NCBI GenBank assembly: GCA_963813715.1 | Contig: CAWFAK010000014.1 | Coordinates: 126,810 to 190,809 of the forward strand | Source: an uncultured Planctomycetaceae bacterium | Lineage (GTDB): Bacteria; Planctomycetota; Planctomycetia; Planctomycetales; Planctomycetaceae | Length of the DNA: 64,000 nucleotides | Direction: 5' to 3' | In this document: positions 33,046 to 43,813 of the stretch, in pieces | Numbering within the stretch: position 1 is the stretch's first letter | Layout: each line of letters begins with the position of its first letter | Made by a program: the position numbers and the translations under genes | Notes under the pieces: generated by a model | Told to the model about the DNA's origin: nothing | What the model saw: the letters and a program-made list of their open reading frames with translations, nothing else | Databases searched by the model: none

Positions 33046-33162
33046 GTTTTCTCCTGCGGCCTGGCCGCATGTGAGGTTGACTTGTGAACGTCCGACTAGG
33101 TTCTTGCTAGACGGACTGGGTGTTTAGTCGCTTCCATGCGGTTAGCCCGCACCAGCGGCGTT

Positions 33163-34407
33163 CTACGCCGTGCATTTCGCCACGTAGCGCGGGTCGCGGA
33201 CGGCGACGGTGCCGCGCTCGGTGACTTTGAAGCGGGCGACAACGTCTTCGGTGAACTCCGCTTCGTTGCCCGGTGGGGCTTGAATGACCTGGATCGGCCA
33301 GTTCTCCATGTACATGAAGGCCCGTTTGAAATCCCCAATGAACCAGCTCGTGGCGCTCGAGTCGCGCGCATAAACAAGAGGGCTCGAGAGCACTTCGAAC
33401 TGGCTCACGGGGACCTTGCCGCCGAAGGCCGAGGGATAGCCGGCCGGATTCGGGGCATGAGTGGACCAGGTGCCGCCCGCCGTGCTGGGCGTGTCGGTCG
33501 TGAGGCCGGGGGCCGCCCAGACCTCGGTCGCCCGCTGCAGCGCCATTGCGGTCGGATGCAGGGCGGAGGGAACGATCATCGTGTCGGCCATCACGGCGAT
33601 CGGTTCGCCGGTGAACGGGTCGGTCATCTTGTCGAACAGCAGCAAAGCCGAGTTGATCGATACAAAGTCGATGAGCTGGTTGGTCGCCTGCACGTTGACC
33701 CACGGCGACGAAGATTGATACGTGTTGTAGGCCGTGCCGAGGAAGTTGTACGAATTCGTCACGCCCAGGATGTGGTCGAGAATCCGCTTCTCTTTATTGA
33801 CGCCCATCCAGTAGCCGACCTCGCCGGCGTTCTCGAGCACGAGCCCCGTACGGTCGAAGAAGACCGTCTCGAGCGTCACCTGAACGATCATGCCGCGCTT
33901 GGTCGTCTGCGGCGTTTGGATCCACGATTCGCTGAACGAGGCAGTCGGGTAGGCTTTGCCTTCGCCGATCGACTCGGCCTTGTCACCGATGCGGTTGATG
34001 CCGGGGATCTTTTCGCCGTTGAACTCGGTCGGGACGGTCGTCACCAGCTTGTCGCCGACGAACGAGCGGTCCTTGTAGCGATCGAGCAGCGTCGAATACA
34101 TGATCTGCCCGGTGATGTTGGAAAAGTTGGCTGTGCTGATCGCGTTGCCGGCCTCTTCCAACAGCGTGCGACCGCCGCCACGGGACGGGTTAAAGCTGTT
34201 GACGAGCTCGGGCCCGACGCGCTGGCCGTTGGCCCGCGTCTCGACAAAGTTCTCGAACAGGCCGCGGATGGAGAATTCGTGGGGCGAGATCTGCTTGGAC
34301 TCAATGGCCCCTTTGAGGCCGGTCCAAAAGTCGTCCTCTTTGCCTCGGGCCCGCCGATCTTCCAGCTGTTTCCGCAAATCGCGGTGAAAACGTTCGTTGT
34401 AAGCCAC
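33163..34407 (-). CDS. Major capsid protein (HK97 fold, Mu gpT-like)
   Basis: IGEGKAYP, KRGMIVQVTLE, MIVPSAL, WFIGDFKRAF, VAVRDPRYV; strong RBS. Confidence 0.88.
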   Translation of the reverse strand: MAYNERFHRDLRKQLEDRRARGKEDDFWTGLKGAIESKQISPHEFSIRGLFENFVETRANGQRVGPELVNSFNPSRGGGRTLLEEAGNAISTANFSNITGQIMYSTLLDRYKDRSFVGDKLVTTVPTEFNGEKIPGINRIGDKAESIGEGKAYPTASFSESWIQTPQTTKRGMIVQVTLETVFFDRTGLVLENAGEVGYWMGVNKEKRILDHILGVTNSYNFLGTAYNTYQSSSPWVNVQATNQLIDFVSINSALLLFDKMTDPFTGEPIAVMADTMIVPSALHPTAMALQRATEVWAAPGLTTDTPSTAGGTWSTHAPNPAGYPSAFGGKVPVSQFEVLSSPLVYARDSSATSWFIGDFKRAFMYMENWPIQVIQAPPGNEAEFTEDVVARFKVTERGTVAVRDPRYVAKCTA

Positions 34408-34557
34408 TTTTCTCTCCTGCGGCCTGGCCGCGTGGGTGTCGCTAAGAAAGCTATGCGTTCAGGACTAGTGGGGCTGCCGACGGGTAACGCACCCAAGCGG
34501 CTGGCCCAGTCATTGGGGCCGGCCAATTCATGCGGCCCGCACCTTCGCCACGGGCGC

Positions 34558-35373
34558 CTAGTCGGGGCTGTTCGTGTTCGGGGCGCGTTTCTGCCAGACC
34601 TGCACGTAATCGATGTAGACGTTCTCCATGCCGCCCCCGACAGTGGCACCGTTCTTCACGCCGACGACCGGATAGAGGTAGGTCGTGACTGGCGACGTGA
34701 AGCTGACCGTGTCCTTGATCGGGTAGTAGCCCGATCCGGCGGAGACGTTTTGCAAGAGCGGCTGATCGTTGAGGAAGTAGCTCACTGTCAGCGTCTGAGC
34801 CGTCGACTGCTGCGTGCCGCCAACGACCGGCTCGATGAGCAGGCCCAGCTTGACGAAGCTCGACACGCCGGCAGCGTTCTTTGAAGTATTGAGGGTCTGG
34901 GTTGTGCCGAGGCTCGAGACGGTCGACCAGACGGGCGAGCCGCTCGCGTGCCCTTGCTTGTAGATCATCGCGCCGTAGAAGTTGCTGCCGGGGCCGCCGC
35001 TCGACGACTGCAGGGAGTTCGTCACCGTGCCGGAAAAAAGTCCCGCGCAGACGTTGGCGTAGTTGGTGTTCGCCTCGGAGTATTGGATCATGGCCTCGAA
35101 GAAGATCGGGCAGTCGGCCAGGAGTTGGAAGACTGCGTTGGTCCCACTCACATACGCGGCGTCATTGGCCGCCGGGCTGCCTCCCGACGGAACGAGTCCC
35201 AAGATCCCGCCCGCAACGTTGCCGGTGCTTTGGATGGCGTTGGTCCCGCCGGTGCTGGTCGAAGTCCAGCGTCCCGTCGTCGAGGCCGACGAAAACTCGG
35301 TGAAGTCATCAAAGAAGCCGTAGGCATTGACGAGAAACGGGGCGTGAATCGGAACGTTCGGAGTTTTTGCCAC
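34558..35373 (-). CDS. Putative head decoration/cement protein
   Basis: Between protease and capsid; FFDDF..IDYVQVWQ lectin-like sandwich. Confidence 0.55.
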   Translation of the reverse strand: MAKTPNVPIHAPFLVNAYGFFDDFTEFSSASTTGRWTSTSTGGTNAIQSTGNVAGGILGLVPSGGSPAANDAAYVSGTNAVFQLLADCPIFFEAMIQYSEANTNYANVCAGLFSGTVTNSLQSSSGGPGSNFYGAMIYKQGHASGSPVWSTVSSLGTTQTLNTSKNAAGVSSFVKLGLLIEPVVGGTQQSTAQTLTVSYFLNDQPLLQNVSAGSGYYPIKDTVSFTSPVTTYLYPVVGVKNGATVGGGMENVYIDYVQVWQKRAPNTNSPD

Positions 35374-35516
35374 TGTCGTATGCCCTTGAGAATGCTGCGA
35401 TTGCAGGGGATTTGAGACGAGTTATGAGCGGCGAGCGTTGCGCGTCAGCCTGATCGTGCTCACGTTAAAGATGATTCGTTGTGTTCATAGATTGCGCACC
35501 GTCGGGGTACGCACTC

Positions 35517-36770
35517 TCACGTCAATCGAGCCCGTCCGAGTGACAGGAGTAGCTCGTGCGTCGCGTCCGCCGCACCAAGCCGGCCCGATTTGGTCGACGA
35601 GAGAGGAAGGGGAGGCGCGCTTCGCGGCCGGCTCATCAGTGGCTTGTGGGCCCGTCGCCCGAAAGGCCCACTTGAGGAGAGGTCCGGATGTGCGGCGGCC
35701 AGCGATTCGATCAGCGCCTCTTGCGACTGATGGTCCCTCTGCGCAGCGACCGCTGTGATCATTTCGCGGGTGAGCGTCAGTCCGCGCTCCGCGATCAGCA
35801 GGCAGGCCCGCTCGCGAGATTCGAGCAGCCGAATCCGCTTCCGCAACCCAGCGATTCGCGGCGACCGACGAAGCGATTCCTGCATCGACGAATCACCGCC
35901 GTCGTCGTCCGCTGACTCCTCTGCCTCGGCCCCCTCGTCTTCGGTGACCGCGGCATCGTCGCCCTCCGAGGGGTCCTCTGCTGAGTTCGGATCGTTTTCC
36001 AATGAGCAATGCGCGACTTTGACGATCGCCCGCAGCACTTGGAACACCGTGCCCGCGAGGTCGAGATTGCTCTTCTGACAGGCGTTCATCACATCCTGGC
36101 AGAACGCGTCGCGCGAGTCGCCGTCTGTCGCGGCGGGCGGTTTGCCCGCGGAGCCTTTGTTGATCGTGGCATCGTCATCCATCGGGCTGCTCTCAAACAA
36201 AGAGGTCGTGGTTCCCGGCCGCTCGGCGATTAGATCGACCGAATGGACCTGGTTGATCTGTGTGACTTTCCCCCTGCCGTTGTCCCCCTTATCGACTTCA
36301 CCGTGCGCGTGATGCGACATTGTGAAAACGTCGGGCATCTCTTCGGCCGCCTCGAGCACCATTGGCGTCAGCGGATGGTTATCGAGATAGCGAATGTCGG
36401 CGTACGCCCCGTCGGATTCGACCCTGACGTTCAGCAGCTTGCCGAATCGCTCTTTCACGTGACGCGAACCGTCGGGCACCCGCATGCCGTTGCGATCCCG
36501 CTTCGATTCGAGGTGATCGAGATTCACGGGCGCCCCCTCGTAGAGCGGCAACGCCTCCTTGATCGCGCTCGGGTCGTAGTCGTAACCCGCCATGTCGGCG
36601 AAGTCCTTGCCCAGGACCGAGCCCGGGTTTCGCGAGTGAAAGCCCAAGATCTTCACGCCGCGGATCAGTTTCGCTTTGCGATCCACTCGGCCCCCCGGAG
36701 GCGCCTTGCCGATGGCGACGCGCTCTTCGAGGAGGACGGATTTGTTGCCGTTGGTGTGCATTGTGGTCAT
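35517..36770 (-). CDS. Prohead protease fused to scaffold
   Basis: IRGVKILG, VNLDH, MSHHAHG, HSVDLI..PGTTTSLFES, then acidic/coiled scaffold. Confidence 0.8.
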   Translation of the reverse strand: MTTMHTNGNKSVLLEERVAIGKAPPGGRVDRKAKLIRGVKILGFHSRNPGSVLGKDFADMAGYDYDPSAIKEALPLYEGAPVNLDHLESKRDRNGMRVPDGSRHVKERFGKLLNVRVESDGAYADIRYLDNHPLTPMVLEAAEEMPDVFTMSHHAHGEVDKGDNGRGKVTQINQVHSVDLIAERPGTTTSLFESSPMDDDATINKGSAGKPPAATDGDSRDAFCQDVMNACQKSNLDLAGTVFQVLRAIVKVAHCSLENDPNSAEDPSEGDDAAVTEDEGAEAEESADDDGGDSSMQESLRRSPRIAGLRKRIRLLESRERACLLIAERGLTLTREMITAVAAQRDHQSQEALIESLAAAHPDLSSSGPFGRRAHKPLMSRPRSAPPLPLSSTKSGRLGAADATHELLLSLGRARLT

Positions 36771-37381
36771 CCGCCCGCCTTCACTTCGGCCCATTCGACG
36801 GTGACTCCGACGCGCCACGTGTTCGATGCACCCCAACCGCCTGGTGTCCGAATGATGAGAGCCTCATTGTTGGCCAGCACGAGCGGACGAGCCGGATGCA
36901 CACCCCAGCGATAGAGGTCATACATCCCGCCGACGCCCACCGCATTGCCGGCGACTGCCGCGTAACCGATGCCCGTCGTGTCGAGCGTGAGTGTGCCGGC
37001 AGTCAGTGCGGCCGTCGATGCGATCCGGAGGTCGCCCTCAGAATTGAAAAGCGAAGCCGGATAATCCTGGCTCGACAGTGCCTGGCAGGCCGTGGAGCTG
37101 CCGGGGACGATCGCGGTCCCGCCCGATGGTGCGGCGGTCGCGCCCCGTCCGATGATCGCCTGGAGGTCTGCGCCGATGCCGGACGAAAAGGCCTCACACT
37201 TGGCGGCGACAGTGATCCGTGTGACGAGGGCCGAGTACGTGCTGTCTTCCCAAAGCATCGATAAGAGTTGCCCATTCCCGGCAATGCTGCCCGCCACGGC
37301 GCCGCTGACGGCTCCGACGGAGTACCATCCCCGCACTGTAATGCGGCCGAGCAGGGGATCTGAGATGACGTTGTTCAGCAT
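36767..37381 (-). CDS. Putative virion accessory protein
   Basis: 204 aa, coupled to protease; PLVLANNEAL..VTVEWAE C-terminus resembles 25769-26236. Confidence 0.55.
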   Translation of the reverse strand: MLNNVISDPLLGRITVRGWYSVGAVSGAVAGSIAGNGQLLSMLWEDSTYSALVTRITVAAKCEAFSSGIGADLQAIIGRGATAAPSGGTAIVPGSSTACQALSSQDYPASLFNSEGDLRIASTAALTAGTLTLDTTGIGYAAVAGNAVGVGGMYDLYRWGVHPARPLVLANNEALIIRTPGGWGASNTWRVGVTVEWAEVKAGG

Positions 37382-37455
37382 GGACTACGTTTTCACTCGT
37401 GAAAGACGCCAGGGTTTCACAGCCACGAAGAGGAATCGGGAGGAGACTTGCGAAG

Positions 37456-39165
37456 TCACAAGCCCGTCGGCTTGATCGAATCACTAACCGAAGAACCATT
37501 CACTCGAATCTGTGAGTTCTTGGTGCCTTCGTGCCTTTGTGGTGAATCGAGATTGTGATCGGTTTTTTGCGCATCTCTGTCTTCTTCCATGTGTTTGCGT
37601 TCGGTTTCGTAGTCCTCGCCCGCTTTGGCGGCGATCGTGCGGTTCGACAGGATGCCGAGCTGTTTGTAGACGGCCGCTGCCTGGGCCGTGGCCAGCTCGT
37701 CGCGAGTTGCCACCGTCGGTGGGACGATTTGCAGCTCGACGAGCGCGAGCAATGCGTCGACATCCTCGATGCCGAATTGCGAGAAACTCCCCGATTGGGC
37801 CGCGATCGCCAACACCTTGCGAAAGATCCGCCTGAAGCGACTGGAGAAAAATCGCTGGTCGGCCTCACGGGCTTTGACGAACGGGGATTCGGCAATCAGC
37901 GTGGATGAATAGTTGGCGTTGCTGGCGTCGCCAGAAATCATGTATTCGGGCATGTTCCAGCGGGTGCCGACGGCCCGCATGATGTACTGGGCCGCGGCAA
38001 CCGATGACTCTTCCTGCCCATCCGGCAGCGGTTTGTATTCCTGCCCCTTGGGGACGGTGAACACGCTCCCTTTTTGAATCCTGACTTTTCCTTTGGCACT
38101 CGCGCCGGTCGTGATTGGATTTGCGTTTGCGATGGCTAGGTTTTGCGCCATTTGTGGCGTCGTGCCTGTGGGCATCTGCGTAATCCACGGGACGGCCGCC
38201 CGCATGGCCGAGCCCAGGGCCACCGCATCGCGGAGTTTGTTTTCGCCGACCAAGTCTGTGAGCACCGCCCACATATCCGGGAGCCCGCGCTTCACGTTCC
38301 GGTCGGTGTTGACTTTGATGTGCTCGATCAGGCCGCTGCCCAATCGCAGCGCCAGCTCGAGGTCGTTGTTGGGGAGAAAATCGAAGTCCGTTCCTTCCGG
38401 ATTCCACAAGACGTGGTAACCAAGCACCGTCTCGATGTCCGACGCGTACGTGACGACGCCGAACACCCAATCGAGAGGCACGTCGGCCGCCAGCCAATCT
38501 TCGAAGTCCGTGGCGTTGCCCGGTTCGGTGACCCGCTCGGGCTCGATGAACCGCGTGCGGGCGATGCCGTTCTTGTCGGGGTAAAGGGCGGTGAAGGCCT
38601 CGCCGTCCCGCCGCACGCGGTTATGCAGCTCGCGTTCGCGATCGCCGATCCAATCGTTAACGTCGCAGAATTCGTCGATGACGTCCTGCACGGCCTGGCT
38701 CAGTCCGGCCGGAGCCTGCCGGTTGGCCTTGTCGGCGACCTCGTAGGTAAAGCCCTTGCCGATGACGTAGTTGCCGAGGGCCTCAAGCGCTCCGATCGCC
38801 ATCGGGGCCGTCTGCGCGACGATGCGGGCCGCCCCGCGGATCATCGCCAGCTGGGCCTCGGTCTGGAAAATCGGCCGGTTCCAGCCGTGCCGCCGATCGT
38901 CAATGAGCGACAAAGGCAACAGCGGCTTGCCGAAGCCGAAGGTCGGATCATCGATCAGGAATTCAAGCGGATCAACCCAGCTTTCGCCGGCCCGCGAGAC
39001 ATAGGCATCGAAATCCCACTCGAGGAGTTGGCGTTCTTTGCCCAGGCGACGGCCGAGGCCCAAGTCACTGCCCGCACCATCGGGCGTTGCCGGCGTTTCC
39101 CATAGCTCGCGTGTTTGTTCCACACTTGCATTCTGCCAGCGAACCGGGATTCGGCCCAGGCCCAA
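37456..39165 (-). CDS. Portal protein
   Basis: RRDGEAF, EHIKVN..KRGLPD, MPEYMISGDASNANYSS motifs. Confidence 0.88.
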   Translation of the reverse strand: MGLGRIPVRWQNASVEQTRELWETPATPDGAGSDLGLGRRLGKERQLLEWDFDAYVSRAGESWVDPLEFLIDDPTFGFGKPLLPLSLIDDRRHGWNRPIFQTEAQLAMIRGAARIVAQTAPMAIGALEALGNYVIGKGFTYEVADKANRQAPAGLSQAVQDVIDEFCDVNDWIGDRERELHNRVRRDGEAFTALYPDKNGIARTRFIEPERVTEPGNATDFEDWLAADVPLDWVFGVVTYASDIETVLGYHVLWNPEGTDFDFLPNNDLELALRLGSGLIEHIKVNTDRNVKRGLPDMWAVLTDLVGENKLRDAVALGSAMRAAVPWITQMPTGTTPQMAQNLAIANANPITTGASAKGKVRIQKGSVFTVPKGQEYKPLPDGQEESSVAAAQYIMRAVGTRWNMPEYMISGDASNANYSSTLIAESPFVKAREADQRFFSSRFRRIFRKVLAIAAQSGSFSQFGIEDVDALLALVELQIVPPTVATRDELATAQAAAVYKQLGILSNRTIAAKAGEDYETERKHMEEDRDAQKTDHNLDSPQRHEGTKNSQIRVNGSSVSDSIKPTGL

Positions 39166-39576
39166 TTTCTACGCGCATAGAAACAAGGCTGGAAATATTT
39201 CATAGTCGGGCTGGGTTCGCTGACTGCGCGGAGGGCAACTTTCGACCTTGACCACCAGATTGCCGAATGAGAGGCAGAAACCGCTCTGATGTCGAGGAAC
39301 GACGAAATGGCAAATTCCTGCCGTCTGATGCGAGTTTGAAGGCTTTCGCCAATTGAGTGTTGGCCGTGTAGCAGGGGGCTTGGCATCCGAATTAAAGCCT
39401 CGTTATTTCGGCGAATTCCAATTGCTTTTTTTGAAGGGCGTTGGCAGGCTGGTGGCCCGGAGACTTACAGCAGTGAAGGTTGGAAGTCTTCGATCACGAA
39501 CTGGTCGTTCGACCGGTGCTTTGCTCGCGATGTTTCTCAGTCAGCGCTTTCTGATCGACTACGCGGGGAACCAGGA

Positions 39577-39780
39577 GTGGCCTACATCGTTAAGGCGGTG
39601 AGTGCGTCGGGTTGCAAATTGTGGGTGCAGCCTTCCAGGCGAAAGTCTCACAGAGATTTCGGGCCGCGTGAAGACGCCGAAGTCTTCCGGACACAAAAGG
39701 ACGCCCAGGCCGTCATCGACACACTCCCGGAATCGTTTCGGCAAATCGGCTTCAACTTCGAGGTCGAGTCTGCCGGCTGA
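39577..39780 (+). CDS. Small hypothetical protein (moron)
   Basis: 67 aa with plausible composition; opposite strand. Confidence 0.4.
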   Translation: MAYIVKAVSASGCKLWVQPSRRKSHRDFGPREDAEVFRTQKDAQAVIDTLPESFRQIGFNFEVESAG

Positions 39781-39856
39781 CAAACTTCCGCCAAGAGCGT
39801 TCCTCTTCGGAGGAATTTGCCTCGGGATAAAGGGAGCCGTCTGCAGGCAGACATCG

Positions 39857-40423
39857 TTACCCCTGGCGCCGGTAGCGAATCGTCATTTGGATATGCTCCT
39901 TCGCGTCCTTGGGCGAGAGGGCGCGGAGCGACCAGTCGTGGTGGTCTGCGTCTTTCCAAATGTCGACTTGCCGCCAGGTTGTCATTTTTCCGGTTGAATC
40001 ATCGCGGCCCGTGACAGTCAGCGTGAGCGTCTTCGTCTGCGGGTTATAAAGCCCCTCGCCGGTCGCGAAGCTCGTGGCCATCGAATCGACCCAGTTGAGC
40101 ACGAACTTCTTTGCGATTGGGTCGTAACCGAGCACTTCGTGGCCAATGAACGGGGCACCCATGAAGGTCCCGTCAAAATCGCTGACCAACCACCGCCCGC
40201 CCGAAAGCTTGACCGTCGACTTCGCCGAACTCGCGACCGGTTTCCCATCGCGCCCGGTCGATTCGATCGTGGCGTCCCAATTCCCGACCCATTTTTTGAG
40301 GACGTCGATTTCGGGCGGCAGGGCCGGCGAACTAGAAGCAGGCTTCTTGTCTTCGGCCGAAAGCAAGTTTCCGAGGTTTATCACAACAAACGCGGCGAAC
40401 AGCGTCCGCAAAATCGTTTTCAT
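39857..40423 (-). CDS. DUF1579-like secreted protein
   Basis: Signal peptide; WVGNW, GGRWL, F.GHEVLGYDP..KKFV..WVDSM. Confidence 0.75.
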   Translation of the reverse strand: MKTILRTLFAAFVVINLGNLLSAEDKKPASSSPALPPEIDVLKKWVGNWDATIESTGRDGKPVASSAKSTVKLSGGRWLVSDFDGTFMGAPFIGHEVLGYDPIAKKFVLNWVDSMATSFATGEGLYNPQTKTLTLTVTGRDDSTGKMTTWRQVDIWKDADHHDWSLRALSPKDAKEHIQMTIRYRRQG

Positions 40424-40534
40424 ACAGAGCCACCCTCAGAGCGTGTGCGTGCCACATCGTTCGAATCCAGCGGCTGCCAATTGTACTCAACTGACGGGAT
40501 GCAACCGAGGCGTGGCGCTGCAAACTCCAAAAGG

Positions 40535-40768
40535 CTACCGCATCGACACAATCGTCTTCGTCGTATACCCGCACTCGCAATAGCGATACTGCACTCGCGT
40601 GTTTTCTTTGAGCAAGGTGCGGCGGCAGCGGCAATAGGTTTGGCACGTCGGGCAGATCGGCGGTGGCTTGGTGCAGTTGCCACAAGCGCATCGGGCTGGC
40701 GATGGAGGATGGGCCGGCGTTCGATCGGTCCGCATTCGATCGGTCAAGCTGGGTGTTGTCATCGTCCA
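40535..40768 (-). CDS. Ogr/Delta-like zinc-finger protein (frameshifted)
   Basis: CPTC...RVQYRYCECGYTTKT. Confidence 0.5.
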   Translation of the reverse strand, partial: WTMTTPSLTDRMRTDRTPAHPPSPARCACGNCTKPPPICPTCQTYCRCRRTLLKENTRVQYRYCECGYTTKTIVSMR

Positions 40769-42377
40769 TCAGGTGGCCTCCTCGTTGTTCGGGTTGACAA
40801 GCATGACGAATGAGCGTGACGGCCATCTCCAGTGCATCGGGGCCGTCGTCGAAGCGGCCGTTGGGAAGTTCTCTGAGCTGTTCGACGAGCAGGGCCGTGC
40901 CCGACGCTGTTGCGCTTGAAGCGGAGTCGAAAGTTGGCGAGCTGCCAGTTGATCGCGGCTTGAATGCGGGCGTATTTGCTGACTGTGTGATGGATCGGAT
41001 GGATGCCGATGAGGCAGCCGGTCCGAGCGAGCATTTGGCTCTAGTTCGTGCGAGATCAGGTGCTGGCCGAAGTTTTCTTCGACGGCGATACCGACCAGTG
41101 GGGAACCGTCGGAGGAACTCGACCGCGTCGGAAAAGATGCGGCCCGCTGCTTCGGTGAGATCGGTGTGGTCGAGGGTGGCGTCGACGTAGAGGGTGCCGG
41201 ATTGGTGCAGGGCGACGCGCACGCGGGCACAAAAATCGCCGACGCCGCCTCGGCTTTCGCTCTGTCGCCGGGCGGAGCCTTTCGGATCGCAAGCGACCAC
41301 CTTGCAGATTAACTCGCGGGCAGGGGGCAGTTCGTCGAACCAGATAGCATTGTCGTCGAAATAGGCGGTGTGAAACATCGCCGCGTGCGAGCGAGTCGGC
41401 GGCCGTTGCTGCAGTTGCCCTTCGGCATAGTGGCCGAGTTGGCACTCCTTGTCGGCGACGGTGCGGGCGTCGATCCCGTTCGGCCAGAGCAGCTCGCCGT
41501 CGGTGACGCGAGGGTCCGTCCAGCCCAGAGAGGTCGGTTTGGTCATAGCAGAGGTCTCGAAGTGCATGGGGAGACAGAGATGATCCAGGCCCTCTTTGTG
41601 CGTATTGAGCATCCACCCAGAGAGATCGTCGCGATGCAGCCGTTGCATGATGCCGACTTCGCGAACGTCGCGTGCCATGCCGCGCAGCGTGATGGTGGCC
41701 GCCCGCCAGGTTGAAACGTGTTCGCGCTCGACCTGGCTTTCGACGTCGTTGACGTTGTGCGGGTCGTCCCAGACGACGAAGTCCGGGTGCTCACCGGTTC
41801 CGCGTCCGCCGGTAGAGGTTGCCAGTCGCCAGCCTCCCGCCGAATTTTGAAACTTGGTCTTCTGGTTCTGGTCGTCGAGCAGCTGCACGCGATCGCCCCA
41901 GTGTTCTTGATACCACTCACTTTCGAGAATCTGCCGACACTTGAGGCTGTCTCGCGTGGAAAGTTCCTGCCCGTAAGAGGCGAAGAGCCAGCGAGTCTGC
42001 GGACGGTTCTGCGGGCCCCAGACCCAACACGCCCAGAAGACGCAGACGAGCAGGCTCTTGCCGCAACCCGGGGGCACGTTGATGAGCAGCCGCTTGATTC
42101 GCCCGTCGGCGACCGCCTCAAGATGTTCGCAGATCGCCCAAATATGCCATCCATCGACGAAGGGACATCCCGGCTCGACGATCGCCCAGGCCTGCTCGAC
42201 AAAGTCATGCAGTCTCTCCGCTCTCTCCCTCGGAGTCCTGTGCGTCATCAATTGAGTCAAAAGGTTTTCGACTTCCTCCGGGCGGAATTGGATTAGCCAA
42301 TCTTCGAGCTCGGATTCGCTCACCGATAGCAGCGAGTCGGCGTCGTCGTTCCTCGGCGGAAGCGTTGATGAGGACAT
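40769..42377 (-). CDS. terL: Terminase large subunit (C-terminal frameshifts)
   Basis: LLINVPPGCGKS Walker A, VVWDDPH Walker B, IMQRLH, ACDP and FDDGPDALEMA nuclease motifs. Confidence 0.92.
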
Positions 42378-42659
42378 TCGCGTTGCCGGAGATGTGAATG
42401 TGTTGAGAGTGCTGTTCGTTGCGACTCTTGATGTTCTGGGCGTTCATGTTCGCCAGGCAGCGGGCGGCGGCCGTCGCCTCACTGTTCTTCGTGTTGGGGT
42501 TGGTAGCAATGGCGACCTGCCGCATCACGATCGGTTTTCGAAATGCGTCGGGGATCGGCCATTCTTCTCGGACTGGCGAGCGAGCAAACGAGTGTCCCGC
42601 ATGCTGCCGGGCTCGCCCGGTGCGGCGAAATTGTGGAGAGGATCGGACGGACTGTTCAT
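42205..42659 (-). CDS. Putative terminase small subunit (frameshift near 42575)
   Basis: Helical ~150 aa protein directly upstream of and overlapping terL. Confidence 0.45.
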
Positions 42660-42686
42660 GGTGGTCACTTTGCGAAAGAGAAGTAT

Positions 42687-43813
42687 TCACGGCGTTATGA
42701 GACACGAATCGTCAGGCAAGATGCCGAATTGCCGAGCTTCGACCGCGCGAGGCGAGCCGACGAAGCGAAAGCTGGCCGCCAGCCGACCGTGCGCTGCCCC
42801 GTTTGCGCTAAGCCGTCGCGAGAGTGTCGAGGGGCGAAAGCAGGACGCGAGACGCAGGTCCAGTTCGGCGACCGCAGGCGATGACGAATCATGCCCGGAT
42901 GGGACGTCCGCGAGAAATATCGCTTGCGCGTCGCATACAGGCTCGGCGACAAATTCGGAGAGCGCATTGCCGATTCCCACTCCCTGAAAATCGGGCAGGC
43001 AGACGACGCGATGCTCGCGAAAGTGGCCGCCGCGCGGACCGGGCCCGCTGATCACAGCGGCAAACGCGGCCGGCTGCTCCTCGACAAACGCGGCATAGCA
43101 CTGCGCGGAGGGGTTCAGATCGGCGCTCAAATAGTGATGATGCTTGAAGAGTCGCCACGCCGAACGACGCACGCGGCAAATTTCGAGCGCGAAGCGAGGG
43201 ACGTCCTCGAAGAGACCTCCAAGTAAATTGGTCCGCGGCGGGATCATAGGTCCAATCAGGATCGAGCCAGTCGATGACGTCATAGTGGCAGGTGACGGCG
43301 ACGAACTTCCTTCCGTCGGCACGCACCGTTCGCGCGATGGCGGCCGATCCGATCCGTGCCACTGTCCGGTCGACGACTGATGTGAATTCGTCGATAACGG
43401 TTAGGCCGGGCGATTCTGCCAGAGCTCGGGCATCGCACGCGGAACTGTTCGCCGGTCGAGAGTGCGCGATACGGCCGCAGCCAGGCGGGCGGGCTGGAGA
43501 AACCGACGCTCGAAAGCAGCGAGACGATCTCCTTGATGCCCAGTTCCGGCGGAAATGCGTCGACGATCGCCCGGTCGTCCGGCCACGTCGGCGCGGGCTG
43601 TGCGCCGAAACACTCTCGGGCCAGCGTGCTTTTGCCGCAGCCCGAGGGACCGACGATCAGCCCGATGTTCCACTGCGCTCTTCGAGCGGCAGCGTGACCC
43701 GCCAGTGCCGCTCGCTCCGATCGGCAGGCGGCACGTCGAAGAGACCTTCGAGCAGCTTCACGCGCGGCGTCCGTTCGATCGGCGACACTTCTTACGCAAT
43801 CAATGCTCGGCAT
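42687..43813 (-). CDS. ABC-ATPase-GNAT acetyltransferase fusion (frameshifted)
   Basis: GPSGCGKST, LSTGEQFR, IDEFTSVVDR, VAVTCHYD; then HHYL and HRVVCLPDFQGVGIG acetyl-CoA motif. Confidence 0.8.

Noticed and set aside
27681..34884. Long antisense ORFs (27681-29861, 33136-34884; similarly 20305-21906)
   Set aside because: Shadow frames of real genes in high-GC DNA
40332..42377. 681-aa terminase as a genuine domain fusion
   Set aside because: C-terminal extension arises from indels reading through the zinc-finger gene
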